In this document: positions 48,625-57,705 of the stretch, piece after piece
Position numbering within the stretch: position 1 is the stretch's first letter
Layout: every line of letters begins with the position of its first letter
DNA from: an uncultured virus (IMG/VR IMGVR_UViG_3300024313_000600)
Taxonomy: Duplodnaviria > Heunggongvirae > Uroviricota > Caudoviricetes
Virus record (IMG/VR): IMGVR_UViG_3300024313_000600
DNA: 64,000 bases
Reading direction: 5' to 3' (one strand)
The notes under the pieces: generated by a model
Told to the model about the DNA's origin: nothing
The model's input: only the letters and a program-made list of their open reading frames with translations
Databases searched by the model: none
Position numbers and translations under genes: made by a program

Positions 48625-49617
48625 ATGAAAAAAGCATTTATTACAGGAATTAATGGTCAAGATGGATCATACTTATCAGAATATCTATTAAATTTAGGTT
48701 ATGAAGTACATGGTATTGTAAGAAGAAATTCAACATCTGAAAATCAATCAGCAAGATTAAAGACTGCTTATGATAGTGGTCAATTAACAACACACTATGG
48801 TGATCTTTCAGATCAAGGAAGCATTGAAAGATTATTAGAAGAAATTCAACCAGATGAAATTTATAACATAGCAGCACAAAGCCATGTAAGAGTTAGTTTT
48901 GATGTTCCTCAATACACAGTACAAACAAATGCATTAGGAGTTTTAAATGTATTAGAAGCATATCGCCGAGCATGCCCTAATGCTAAATTTTATCAAGCGT
49001 CTTCTTCTGAAATGTTTGGGCTAACTGTCGAGGATGATGGATTCCAAAGAGAAACTAGTGTTATGAATCCAGTATCACCTTATGGATGTTCAAAGGTATT
49101 TGGGTATAATATTGTAAGACATTACCGAAGAGCACATAACCTTCATGCAGTAAATGGTATTTTATTTAACCATGAATCTCCAAGAAGAGGAAGTAACTTT
49201 GTAACTAATAAAGTTGTAAAAGCTGCATGTTCTATTAAATTAGGTTTACAAGATAAACTTGAATTAGGTAATATGGATTCTTATAGAGATTGGGGACATT
49301 CCAAAGATTATGTAAGAGCAATGCATGCTATTCTAAATCATGATGAGGCTGATGATTTTGTAGTATCAACAATGGAAACGCATTCAGTTAGAGAAATGTG
49401 TGAATTGGTATTTAAATATTTAGATTTAGATTATAAAGATTACATTGTACAAAATCCAAAGTTTATGAGGCCTGAAGAATTACCTTATCTTAAAGGGGAT
49501 TCTACAAAAATTAGAGAAACTTTAAAATGGAAACCAGAATATACTTTTGAATCAATGATGCATGAAATGTGTGATCATTGGATGGATGTTTTACAAGGCA
49601 AAGAATCATTAAGATAA
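48625..49617 (+). CDS. gmd: GDP-mannose 4,6-dehydratase
   Basis: ITGINGQDGSYL, AAQSHV.VSF, YQASSSE, SPYG.SK, FNHESPRRG, RDWGH. Confidence 0.95.
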   Translation: MKKAFITGINGQDGSYLSEYLLNLGYEVHGIVRRNSTSENQSARLKTAYDSGQLTTHYGDLSDQGSIERLLEEIQPDEIYNIAAQSHVRVSFDVPQYTVQTNALGVLNVLEAYRRACPNAKFYQASSSEMFGLTVEDDGFQRETSVMNPVSPYGCSKVFGYNIVRHYRRAHNLHAVNGILFNHESPRRGSNFVTNKVVKAACSIKLGLQDKLELGNMDSYRDWGHSKDYVRAMHAILNHDEADDFVVSTMETHSVREMCELVFKYLDLDYKDYIVQNPKFMRPEELPYLKGDSTKIRETLKWKPEYTFESMMHEMCDHWMDVLQGKESLR

Positions 49618-50282
49618 TGGAAGAATCTATTAAAGAACTTATCCAAAAGGAAATAGAAGCAATAAGTAATATCCCTATTGATTTTTCTTTTGAATTAGCA
49701 GTAAATAAAATAAGAAATAAAGTACATAGTCTAGGACCACGAGGCAAGGTTGTATTATCAGGGATGGGTAAGGCTGGTCAAATAGCCTTAAATATTGCAA
49801 CTACTTTATGTTCAACTGGAACTCCTGCTGTATATTTACACCCAAGTGAAGCTCAGCATGGCGATTTAGGAATACTTCAAGAAAACGATGTTCTTATTCT
49901 TTTATCAAATTCAGGTAAGACTAGAGAAATACTAGAATTAATTGAGTTATCTAAAAACATGTATTCTAATATTAATATTATATGTATAACAGGTAAAAAA
50001 CAAAGTCCATTAGCAATGAAGTCTGATGTAATTTTACATACTGGTGATGCTAATGAAATATGCCCTTTAGGATTAACTCCAACAATATCAACAACTCTTA
50101 TGACGGTTATAGGAGATATCTTAGTAGTAGAATTAATGAAAAAAATTAAATTTACAAAGAAGGAATATTCTAAAAGACACCATAGCGGTTACTTAGGCCA
50201 AAAAAGTAAAGTAGAATCTAATCACACACCAGGCAGTTTACTAAATGAACTACCTCCTTCTGATTATCAAATGGGTAATTAA
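49617..50282 (+). CDS. kdsD: Arabinose-5-phosphate isomerase, SIS-only KdsD/KpsF type
   Basis: Start revised to ATG 49617; SGMGKAG, STGTP, HPSEAQHGDLG, SNSGKT, PT.STT, RHHSGYLG. Confidence 0.88.
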   Translation: MEESIKELIQKEIEAISNIPIDFSFELAVNKIRNKVHSLGPRGKVVLSGMGKAGQIALNIATTLCSTGTPAVYLHPSEAQHGDLGILQENDVLILLSNSGKTREILELIELSKNMYSNINIICITGKKQSPLAMKSDVILHTGDANEICPLGLTPTISTTLMTVIGDILVVELMKKIKFTKKEYSKRHHSGYLGQKSKVESNHTPGSLLNELPPSDYQMGN

Positions 50283-50995
50283 TGAATAAAGTAATTGCAA
50301 TCATACCGGCAAGATGGGGTTCTACAAGACTTCCTGGTAAACCGCTCGCTGATATAAACGGTAAGCCAATGATTCAATGGGTCTATGAAGCTGTTAAAAG
50401 ATCTGATGTTGATAAAGTTGTAGTTGCTACTGATAATGTGGAAATAAAGATAGCTGTTAAATTATTTGGTGGTGAAGCTATAATGACTGATGTAAAACAT
50501 TTGACTGGAACAGAGAGAGTGTTAGAAGCATATCAGCATTATAAAGAAGATTATGAATATGTTATTAATGTTCAGGGTGATGAGCCTATAATAAATGAAA
50601 ATGATATTAATCTCTTAATTTCTGTACTTAAGAAAAATCCTCTCAATATTGCAACTTTAGTAGGTTCATTAACAAAATCACAAGCAAGTGATAGAAATAC
50701 AGTAAAGGCATTACTTGATAATAATAAAATAATAATGTTTACAAGGAGTCCTATTTTTACTATCCAATCATTATATGTTAAAAGGCATATAGGAATTTAC
50801 GGATTTAGTAAGGTAATGACAGAAAAGATTGATAAAAACATTATGATTGAAACTTCCAACGAAATAGTAGAAAATCTGGAACAGATAAGATGGGGTGATA
50901 ATGGAATAAGTTTTAATTATGCTAGAGCAGCTGGTTTATATAAAGGTATAGATACACAAAAGGATTTAGATTACGTCCGTACATTCTTAAACTAA
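50282..50995 (+). CDS. kdsB: CMP-Kdo synthetase (3-deoxy-manno-octulosonate cytidylyltransferase)
   Basis: IIPARWGSTRLPGKPLADI, VATD, TGTER, NVQGDEP, HIGIY, LEQIR. Confidence 0.9.
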   Translation: MNKVIAIIPARWGSTRLPGKPLADINGKPMIQWVYEAVKRSDVDKVVVATDNVEIKIAVKLFGGEAIMTDVKHLTGTERVLEAYQHYKEDYEYVINVQGDEPIINENDINLLISVLKKNPLNIATLVGSLTKSQASDRNTVKALLDNNKIIMFTRSPIFTIQSLYVKRHIGIYGFSKVMTEKIDKNIMIETSNEIVENLEQIRWGDNGISFNYARAAGLYKGIDTQKDLDYVRTFLN

Positions 50996-51029
50996 TATTA
51001 AAAAAGCTATATAATAATAAATCACTATT

Positions 51030-51164
51030 ATGGAAAACCAAGGAAAATCTAAAGAACAACTAAAAAGTAGTTATATAGGTGCATTTATAGGTTTTATAGG
51101 AATTATTGCTCTTATAGGTTTTATAGGAATCAGTGCAGTAATAACATACTTAATGCCAAACTAA
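51030..51164 (+). CDS. 44-aa single-TM protein (not in the ORF track)
   Basis: MENQGKSKEQLKSSYIGAFIGFIGIIALIGFIGISAVITYLMPN*; behind the TAAAC-N17-TATAA motif at 50988. Confidence 0.6.
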   Translation: MENQGKSKEQLKSSYIGAFIGFIGIIALIGFIGISAVITYLMPN

Positions 51165-51421
51165 TGAAAAAGGAAGGAATGAACATGGCAAATTTAGATA
51201 TTGCTACAAAAACAACTCCTATTGTATGTGAAGCATGTGGAAATGAAACCTTTAAACCTATTTTCTTTTTAAGAAAGATTAGTAGGTTTCTTACAGGCGA
51301 AGATACAGATAGAGTATTGCCCATGGACAGTCTAGCATGCGTAAAATGTAATAATGTAAATAAAGAATTTAATCCAAACCCAAATCCAACAAAAGTAAAT
51401 AATAAAAAAGAAGATGAGTAA
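51164..51421 (+). CDS. Zinc-ribbon protein
   Basis: CEAC...CVKC. Confidence 0.65.
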   Translation: MKKEGMNMANLDIATKTTPIVCEACGNETFKPIFFLRKISRFLTGEDTDRVLPMDSLACVKCNNVNKEFNPNPNPTKVNNKKEDE

Positions 51422-51965
51422 AGAAACTGAAACTAAAGTAGTTGATATGACTACAGAAAAAGCTCCAAAAACAGTAGAGCAATTAAAGACAAGAGAATCT
51501 GAATTAGATCAAATTAATGAAAATCTAATTAAAGAAATGCAGGAAAGAGAATATCCAGTAGATTTTAAAACCAAAAAAGTTTTTGATAAACTATTAAAAT
51601 TCTTAGAGAAAGATGCTCCTTGGGGACATACTACTGCAACCGGTTTAATTATGCTATATCATAATTTAAGAGAAGCCAAGGAACTTGTTAAGGATAAAGA
51701 ATTTGATGGTATTGTAGCTGTAAGATCTACTAGTGTTACTATTCTTTGGCAAATGGTTACCAAGATGACTGGTTCTGGTTTTTATGAAGCAAAATCATTT
51801 GTTGAGTTAATGGCTAATGTTGGTGAATCATTATCTGAAGCCGTACAAAATGTACAAAAAGATAATCAATCTCTTAGAGATAATCATTCTGAGTTGGCTA
51901 AGGTACAACAGGAATTATCTGATTTAGAAACACAAACATCTGTTGAAGGGCCAATTAATAAATAA
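51414..51965 (+). CDS. Hypothetical coiled-coil protein
   Basis: 183 aa ORF. Confidence 0.6.
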   Translation: MSKETETKVVDMTTEKAPKTVEQLKTRESELDQINENLIKEMQEREYPVDFKTKKVFDKLLKFLEKDAPWGHTTATGLIMLYHNLREAKELVKDKEFDGIVAVRSTSVTILWQMVTKMTGSGFYEAKSFVELMANVGESLSEAVQNVQKDNQSLRDNHSELAKVQQELSDLETQTSVEGPINK

Positions 51966-52213
51966 TGGGATTCCACAAAAGACATATAAATAACGAACAG
52001 GTTATTAATTTATATAAATCTGGTGGTGTGGAAAATGTTATTAAATGGTATACTGGCAAGGTTGATGCTCTTATCTTAGAAACCGGTCTTGCTAGTAATA
52101 TTAATTCTATTCTATGTGATCCTGATTGGCAAGTATTTGGTTCAGTTAAAATAAACGAGGAAATCGTTAGCTTAATTAATAAAGAACTTGGTATAGAGGA
52201 CTTAAAAACGTAA
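51965..52213 (+). CDS. Hypothetical protein (MGFHKR start)
   Basis: 82 aa ORF. Confidence 0.6.
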   Translation: MGFHKRHINNEQVINLYKSGGVENVIKWYTGKVDALILETGLASNINSILCDPDWQVFGSVKINEEIVSLINKELGIEDLKT

Positions 52214-52218
52214 CTTAA

Positions 52219-53103
52219 ATGAAAATCTGCAAAATTATTTTTTCTACTAATAGGCTGGAATTTTTAGTTCCTACGCTTAGTAGCTGTAATGAAAATATAG
52301 ATTGGGGAGACCATGAAGTAGATGGATTATTTATAGACGATATGCCAAAAGATCGTAATGATGACCAGATAACAGAATTAGCAAACATGTATGGCTATAA
52401 TAATGTTATTTTACATAAGGAAAATAAAGGATTAGGTTACACTTGGCATGAAAGTTATGAGTGGTTAAAAGATAAAGGTTATGATTATATTTTACACCAA
52501 GAAGATGACCTTATATTAAAAGGGCCTATAAAGATTGATGATTTTATAGATGCAATGTCTTATAAGTCGGCTTATGGAGTAAGTGTAAAATATCAAGATG
52601 ATTGGTATTGGAAAGATAAAGTTATAGAGTATACTTGGGTAAAAGATAATCCAAATTTTAATTATAATTTTAATCTTGAAATAACTAATGATATTAATAA
52701 ACATTATGACAAACCACCAGTAAAAGATGATAATGAATTTCATATAATGTTTGATACTTCATTTTCTTTTTATCAATGCAATTTAATTTTAGAAGGTTAT
52801 AAATTAGCTGTAGCTGATGGTCGTGGTTTAAATAATGATGATTGGATTGCTGAAGGTATATTTGGTAGGTATATAAGAGATATACTTAAAACTAATAGAC
52901 TGTGTTTAATTATTGTGGATAAAAACAATAAGGATTTAGTAGAGCATATTGGTGAATGGTCATGGGGCCATAGGTCAACATTAAAAAGTATTATTAATGG
53001 AAGCTATAATGAATATCAAAAAACTAAAATGAAAGAAATGCTTGATAACCCTTATGCAAAAATAAATTCTAGGACTTGGGCAAATTGGACATCTTCAGAT
53101 TAA
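52219..53103 (+). CDS. GT-A fold (GT2-like) glycosyltransferase
   Basis: STNR.EFL..TL, FIDD, N.GLG, LHQEDD, VEHIG. Confidence 0.7.
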   Translation: MKICKIIFSTNRLEFLVPTLSSCNENIDWGDHEVDGLFIDDMPKDRNDDQITELANMYGYNNVILHKENKGLGYTWHESYEWLKDKGYDYILHQEDDLILKGPIKIDDFIDAMSYKSAYGVSVKYQDDWYWKDKVIEYTWVKDNPNFNYNFNLEITNDINKHYDKPPVKDDNEFHIMFDTSFSFYQCNLILEGYKLAVADGRGLNNDDWIAEGIFGRYIRDILKTNRLCLIIVDKNNKDLVEHIGEWSWGHRSTLKSIINGSYNEYQKTKMKEMLDNPYAKINSRTWANWTSSD

Positions 53104-53141
53104 CTAAATCCTAATGAATAAATAAAAAAATACAAATTTTT

Positions 53142-53936
53142 ATGAGATTCGTTAATAACTTCAAACAATTTATTACAGAGAAGAAAAAAGAAAGCTTTGA
53201 AGATAACATCAAAGACCATGGATATTTTAAAGATCTATCCACCTCCACTTCAAGAAAGAAGGCAGACCAAATGAAAGATCAAGCTTCTAAGGCTGATGAT
53301 GATCCTTCTGCTTACAAAGAATTACCTGGTGATACTAAAGGTAAAAAACTTTTAAAGAAATCTAAACACACAAAAGCATTTGATGATTTATACGCTGAAG
53401 GATTAGAAGAAATGATAATCAATGAAGGTGTAATGAGTGAATTGCATATAATGATGGAAGAAGCTAAAAACTTTGCAGAATTTAAGAAAAGATTCTATAA
53501 AGAATTTAGTGATAAAGTTAAACCTAATAAAGATTTAGATAATTGGCTAAAGGAACTTTATTCTGATGGGTTAGGAGAATCTTTAGATGAAAAGGCTAGT
53601 GGTGATCGTGGACCTATAGGCGGTAAAGGTATTGAAACTGGTCTTAAGAATAAATCAAAACAAACTGGTGTATCATTACCTCTATTAAGATTAGTAATGA
53701 GAAGAGGTATGGCTGCATGGAAAGCTGGTCATAGACCTGGTGCTGGCCAAGAACAGTGGGGTTATGCTAGAGTTAATTCATTTTTAACTAAAGCTCCTGG
53801 TACTTGGGGTAGACCTTTAGATGATCCTAAAAAGAATGGACCTAAAGGTTCTTATGGAGCTGATGCTGATATTGCTAAAGAAGTAATAAAGAAAGGTGAA
53901 GATAAGAAATTAAAAACAACAGGGTTACCTAAATAA
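53142..53936 (+). CDS. Leader-bearing multi-module putative internal head protein
   Basis: MRFVNNFKQFITE; IINEG and ESLDE linkers; C-terminal RRGMAAW..GHRPGA..EQWGYARVNSF module. Confidence 0.7.
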   Translation: MRFVNNFKQFITEKKKESFEDNIKDHGYFKDLSTSTSRKKADQMKDQASKADDDPSAYKELPGDTKGKKLLKKSKHTKAFDDLYAEGLEEMIINEGVMSELHIMMEEAKNFAEFKKRFYKEFSDKVKPNKDLDNWLKELYSDGLGESLDEKASGDRGPIGGKGIETGLKNKSKQTGVSLPLLRLVMRRGMAAWKAGHRPGAGQEQWGYARVNSFLTKAPGTWGRPLDDPKKNGPKGSYGADADIAKEVIKKGEDKKLKTTGLPK

Positions 53937-53937
53937 T

Positions 53938-54483
53938 ATGAAATTTGTAAAAGGCTTTAAAGATTTTGATAAAGTATCTGAAGAACTTAAATACCATATA
54001 GATAATGGATTAGGTTTAGAGGATACTGTTTTCCGTTTAGGTTCAGATGCTCATGCTAAATTATTTGAAGAAGCAGAACAGTATTGGGATAAAGGAAATA
54101 TAGTATTAAACGGTAAGAGTGGATGGATGGCAAAAAACTTAGAAGTAGGAAAGAAGGCTATTTATAAAGATCGAAAAACAGGAAGAACTAAAAAAGTTAA
54201 ATTAGATTCACCAGAACGAGGAGGTAATAGAAAGTTTATTGTTTATCGTAATACTGGTAGAACTGATAAAGAAACTGGTGAAATAGTAGCAAAGAAAATT
54301 GAATGGGGAGATCCAGGATTAACTGTAAAGAATGATGATCCAGGAAGAGCTAAAAGTTTCTGGGCTAGACATCAATGTGATCAAAAGAAAAAGATGGATC
54401 CTAATAAGACAGGATTCTGGGCATGTTATGGACCTTCTCTGTTTGGAAAGCAGTTAGGTTTAAAATCAACTAACCCTTGGTAA
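53938..54483 (+). CDS. Leader-bearing putative virion protein
   Basis: MKFVKGFKDF..VSEE; C-terminal WGDP....KNDDP.RAKSFWARH.C...GFWAC module. Confidence 0.65.
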   Translation: MKFVKGFKDFDKVSEELKYHIDNGLGLEDTVFRLGSDAHAKLFEEAEQYWDKGNIVLNGKSGWMAKNLEVGKKAIYKDRKTGRTKKVKLDSPERGGNRKFIVYRNTGRTDKETGEIVAKKIEWGDPGLTVKNDDPGRAKSFWARHQCDQKKKMDPNKTGFWACYGPSLFGKQLGLKSTNPW

Positions 54484-54513
54484 ATAAATAAAACAATAAA
54501 AATAAACAAAGAT

Positions 54514-55872
54514 ATGAAATTTATTCCAAATTATGGAGATTTTAAGAATTCATTGAATGAAGCTGCATTTAATTTTAATGACAGTTTAGATGAAACTAAA
54601 CTAGGACAAGCTGCAAATATAATCTGCTCCTTTTTAAATAAGAAAACTAAATTAGATTTTAAAGTCTTTCCCTTTGGTGTTAAATCAAATGGTGTTGAAG
54701 GTGTTATGCTATATAGTGATAAAGGTACCGCTGCTGTTAGGGTAGGTGGTAAAGGAATGAATAGAGGTCCAGGTATTGTTGGTGATCTTGCTTTCTTTTC
54801 TGACGCAGGAAGTAGAAAGGCTGATTTTGTTATGAGTAGTGATTCCTTTCCTATTACTGCTTTGGTTAGTGAATTTGCTAAATTAATCAGTGAACCTTCT
54901 TATGCTAAAGAAGTTGAAACTTTACAAGAATCTGTTAATGAAGGTAAGCGTGGTGTATTAACTGCACAAGAACAGAAAATGGTAATGAAACAATTAAAAT
55001 CTGGCAAGAGTGCTGCAAAGATCTCTAGGGATCTTGGTATATCATACGGTGCAATTCTTAAATTAAAAAGAAATGAAAATGTTACTTTAGAAGAACCTGC
55101 TGCGGTAAAAGTAAATGAAGAAACTTTAGCAGATAAGGTTAAATTCTTAGATGAAACATTACAAGATATTTATGATATAGCCAGAAAGGTTGCTGCAGGC
55201 GCATTTAATTCATTAATGATATCTGGTAGAGCCGGTACTGGTAAAACCTTTAGTGTAGAGAAAGCACTAACAGATGAAGGGCTTGTTGCAGATGATGATT
55301 ACATTATGGTGTCTGGCGCAGTATCAACAATTATGATGTTTAAGAAAATGTATCAATATAGAAATAAGGTTTTAGTATTTGATGATTGTGATGCTGTCTT
55401 TAGAGATGAAAATGGTCGTAACATATTAAAGGCTGCACTTGATACAAAAGCAGTAAGAAGAATATCTTATCTTAAGAAGAGTGGATTAGTATTTGATCCT
55501 AAGGATTTTGAAATGGATCCTGAAGGGGAATTTAATATGATAGAAAACGGTATGGTACCAGCATACTTTGATTTTGTAGGTAGAGTAATATTTATTTCTA
55601 ACCTTGCAAAAGATAAGGCTGATCCTGATGGAGCTATTCGTTCAAGGTCTATTCTGATGGATGTTAATCCAGATGATGCTACTCTTATGGAAAGAATTAA
55701 AACTTTACTCCCTTATCTTGATCCTAAGGATATGCCTTTAGCAGATAAAGAAGAAATTTATGACTTTATGAAAAAGGCCAACGACGTTTCAATGAGAACC
55801 TTTGTTAAAGCCGCAGGACTTAAACAAGCAGGTTTAAAGAACTGGGAAAGAATGACAAAAAGATATTTATAA
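54514..55872 (+). CDS. Leader-bearing protein: N-module, ESVNEG linker, HTH, AAA+ ATPase
   Basis: MKFIPNYGDFKNSLNEA; SAAKISRDLGISYGAI HTH; GRAGTGKT; VLVFDDCD; AIRSRS. Confidence 0.78.
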   Translation: MKFIPNYGDFKNSLNEAAFNFNDSLDETKLGQAANIICSFLNKKTKLDFKVFPFGVKSNGVEGVMLYSDKGTAAVRVGGKGMNRGPGIVGDLAFFSDAGSRKADFVMSSDSFPITALVSEFAKLISEPSYAKEVETLQESVNEGKRGVLTAQEQKMVMKQLKSGKSAAKISRDLGISYGAILKLKRNENVTLEEPAAVKVNEETLADKVKFLDETLQDIYDIARKVAAGAFNSLMISGRAGTGKTFSVEKALTDEGLVADDDYIMVSGAVSTIMMFKKMYQYRNKVLVFDDCDAVFRDENGRNILKAALDTKAVRRISYLKKSGLVFDPKDFEMDPEGEFNMIENGMVPAYFDFVGRVIFISNLAKDKADPDGAIRSRSILMDVNPDDATLMERIKTLLPYLDPKDMPLADKEEIYDFMKKANDVSMRTFVKAAGLKQAGLKNWERMTKRYL

Positions 55873-55874
55873 TT

Positions 55875-57482
55875 ATGAAATATATTAAATCTAAATCTGA
55901 TTTTATAGCTGAAAGTAAATCCTATAAATTAAACGAAGGTCAATTTTCATGGATGACTCATGATACTGACGAACAAATTGGTTCAGAAAAACAAAATACC
56001 ATTGATGTCTATATGTATGACAACGAAGGTAATAAATGGAAGGAAACTAGATATGATGGTTACGGTAACTTTGGTGGACAGGATTATTATGATCTTGTTG
56101 CTACTATGAATGGTTATGATGCTGATAGAGAAAAAGGAGTTGATTTAGCTTTCGGTAAATTGAAAACTAAAGATAAAAAGAGAAAGACTTTATTTCCTGC
56201 ATTAGTTACAGATCCTAGGTATAATTGGAAAAGGCACGATTTTACAGAAGAGGCTGATGGCGATCCTAACCAATCATGGTACCAAGAAGAAGAAGACGAT
56301 CGATATGGGTATGATGATTATTATGAATCTACAGTTACTGAAGGTAAAGGGTGGAACGACGTTGCAAGAGTAATGGATGCTGGATTAAAAAAGGCCATAA
56401 AGAAAGGGATAACCAATTTAAGGTATGCACAAGATTATGTTAAATCATTAGAAAGAATGGCAAAGAAAAATGCTAAACAGTTCTTTAATGATTATGGAGA
56501 TTTTACTGAAGATGATTTTATTGAAGATGTAAGGTATAATATGGCTAATGAAAAAGTCAATGAAGCTAGAAGAGCTGCCGCTGATAAATTACTTAAAGAT
56601 GTTATAAATGGTAATGCATCTGAAGTTGAAGGTATTAAATTATCTAAGGATATGGCACAAGGCTTTGCGGATTGGTTACGATATTCTACTTACGGTAAAA
56701 AGTTTGGAGCTTTACCTTTTGATAAATTATTTACTGCTTCATTTAATTGGGGATTAGATAGATTTGTTAAAGGTGCCAATACTAAAGTAAAGGATGAGTT
56801 TAAAGAACTTAAGGCTAAAGCCAAAGAAATGCGTAAGGCTGAAATGAAAGGTGAATCTATTACTGAAGCTAAAGAAATGAGCAAGAAAGAAGTTCGTGAT
56901 CTTAAGATAAAGATTAATAATGCAAGAACAATTGGTAAATATTTTACAAAGGATGAGGTAGAATTTTTACAGTCATTATTTGAATCAGTTAATGAAGGTA
57001 AAGGAGATAAGGCTGTAAGCATGGCTCAGAAAAAATTAGATAAGGTTATGACAGATCTTAAAGCTAATCTTTTAAAATTTAAAGGTGCTAAGACCGATGC
57101 AGATAAAGAAACATTTAAATCTGAAGCAAAGAGATTAACTAAGTTAAGAAAAGATGCGCATGATAATTTAGAGCAAGCTATTAAAGATGCTTATGCTGAT
57201 GTTGAATTAGTAGTAATGGAAAATTACGATAATGATCAAAGAAAAGAAATGGCAGCAAAAGGATTAGCATTACCTGATGGTAGCTTTCCAATTAAAAACT
57301 TAGAAGATTTAAAGAATGCTATTCAGGCATACGGTAGAGCAAAAGATCAGGCAGCCGCTGCTAAGTTTATAGCAAAAAGAGCAAAGGCTTTAGGTGCTGA
57401 GGATTTAATTCCAGACACTGAAGATTTTCAAAAAGCTTTAAAAGAAGCATCATTCGGAAGAATACCAAAATTTGGAAAGTAA
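55875..57482 (+). CDS. Leader-bearing polyprotein-like internal head protein (about 6 modules)
   Basis: MKYIKSKSDFIAE; linkers LNEG, ESTVTEG, EKVNEA, ESITEA, ESVNEG, VMEN; last module ALPDGSFPI..LKNAIQAYGRA. Confidence 0.72.
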   Translation: MKYIKSKSDFIAESKSYKLNEGQFSWMTHDTDEQIGSEKQNTIDVYMYDNEGNKWKETRYDGYGNFGGQDYYDLVATMNGYDADREKGVDLAFGKLKTKDKKRKTLFPALVTDPRYNWKRHDFTEEADGDPNQSWYQEEEDDRYGYDDYYESTVTEGKGWNDVARVMDAGLKKAIKKGITNLRYAQDYVKSLERMAKKNAKQFFNDYGDFTEDDFIEDVRYNMANEKVNEARRAAADKLLKDVINGNASEVEGIKLSKDMAQGFADWLRYSTYGKKFGALPFDKLFTASFNWGLDRFVKGANTKVKDEFKELKAKAKEMRKAEMKGESITEAKEMSKKEVRDLKIKINNARTIGKYFTKDEVEFLQSLFESVNEGKGDKAVSMAQKKLDKVMTDLKANLLKFKGAKTDADKETFKSEAKRLTKLRKDAHDNLEQAIKDAYADVELVVMENYDNDQRKEMAAKGLALPDGSFPIKNLEDLKNAIQAYGRAKDQAAAAKFIAKRAKALGAEDLIPDTEDFQKALKEASFGRIPKFGK

Positions 57483-57483
57483 T

Positions 57484-57696
57484 ATGAAATCATTTAAACA
57501 ATTTAACGAAAACAACCAAATACCTCTAAATGAAGGTAACGGTCAAACACTTAAAGAATTTGGAGATCTTTTAGCTATGCTTAGAGATGATACATCAAGT
57601 ATAGAAAAATCTATTGGAGAGATGGATGGTAAAAAGGCTAGAACTTTACAAAAACAAATAACTACACTTTACAATAGTTTATTTAAATTAAATTAG
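57484..57696 (+). CDS. Small leader-bearing protein
   Basis: Start revised to ATG 57484: MKSFKQFNE...PLNEG. Confidence 0.65.
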   Translation: MKSFKQFNENNQIPLNEGNGQTLKEFGDLLAMLRDDTSSIEKSIGEMDGKKARTLQKQITTLYNSLFKLN

Positions 57697-57705
57697 ACAG
57701 ATAAT

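Noticed and set aside
38127..53103. Glycosylation island as a mis-assembled bacterial O-antigen locus
   Set aside because: It shares the phage promoter motifs, composition and tight gene packing, lacks wzx/wzy/wzz, and has paralogs (Maf-like, DegT-like) inside the phage core region.
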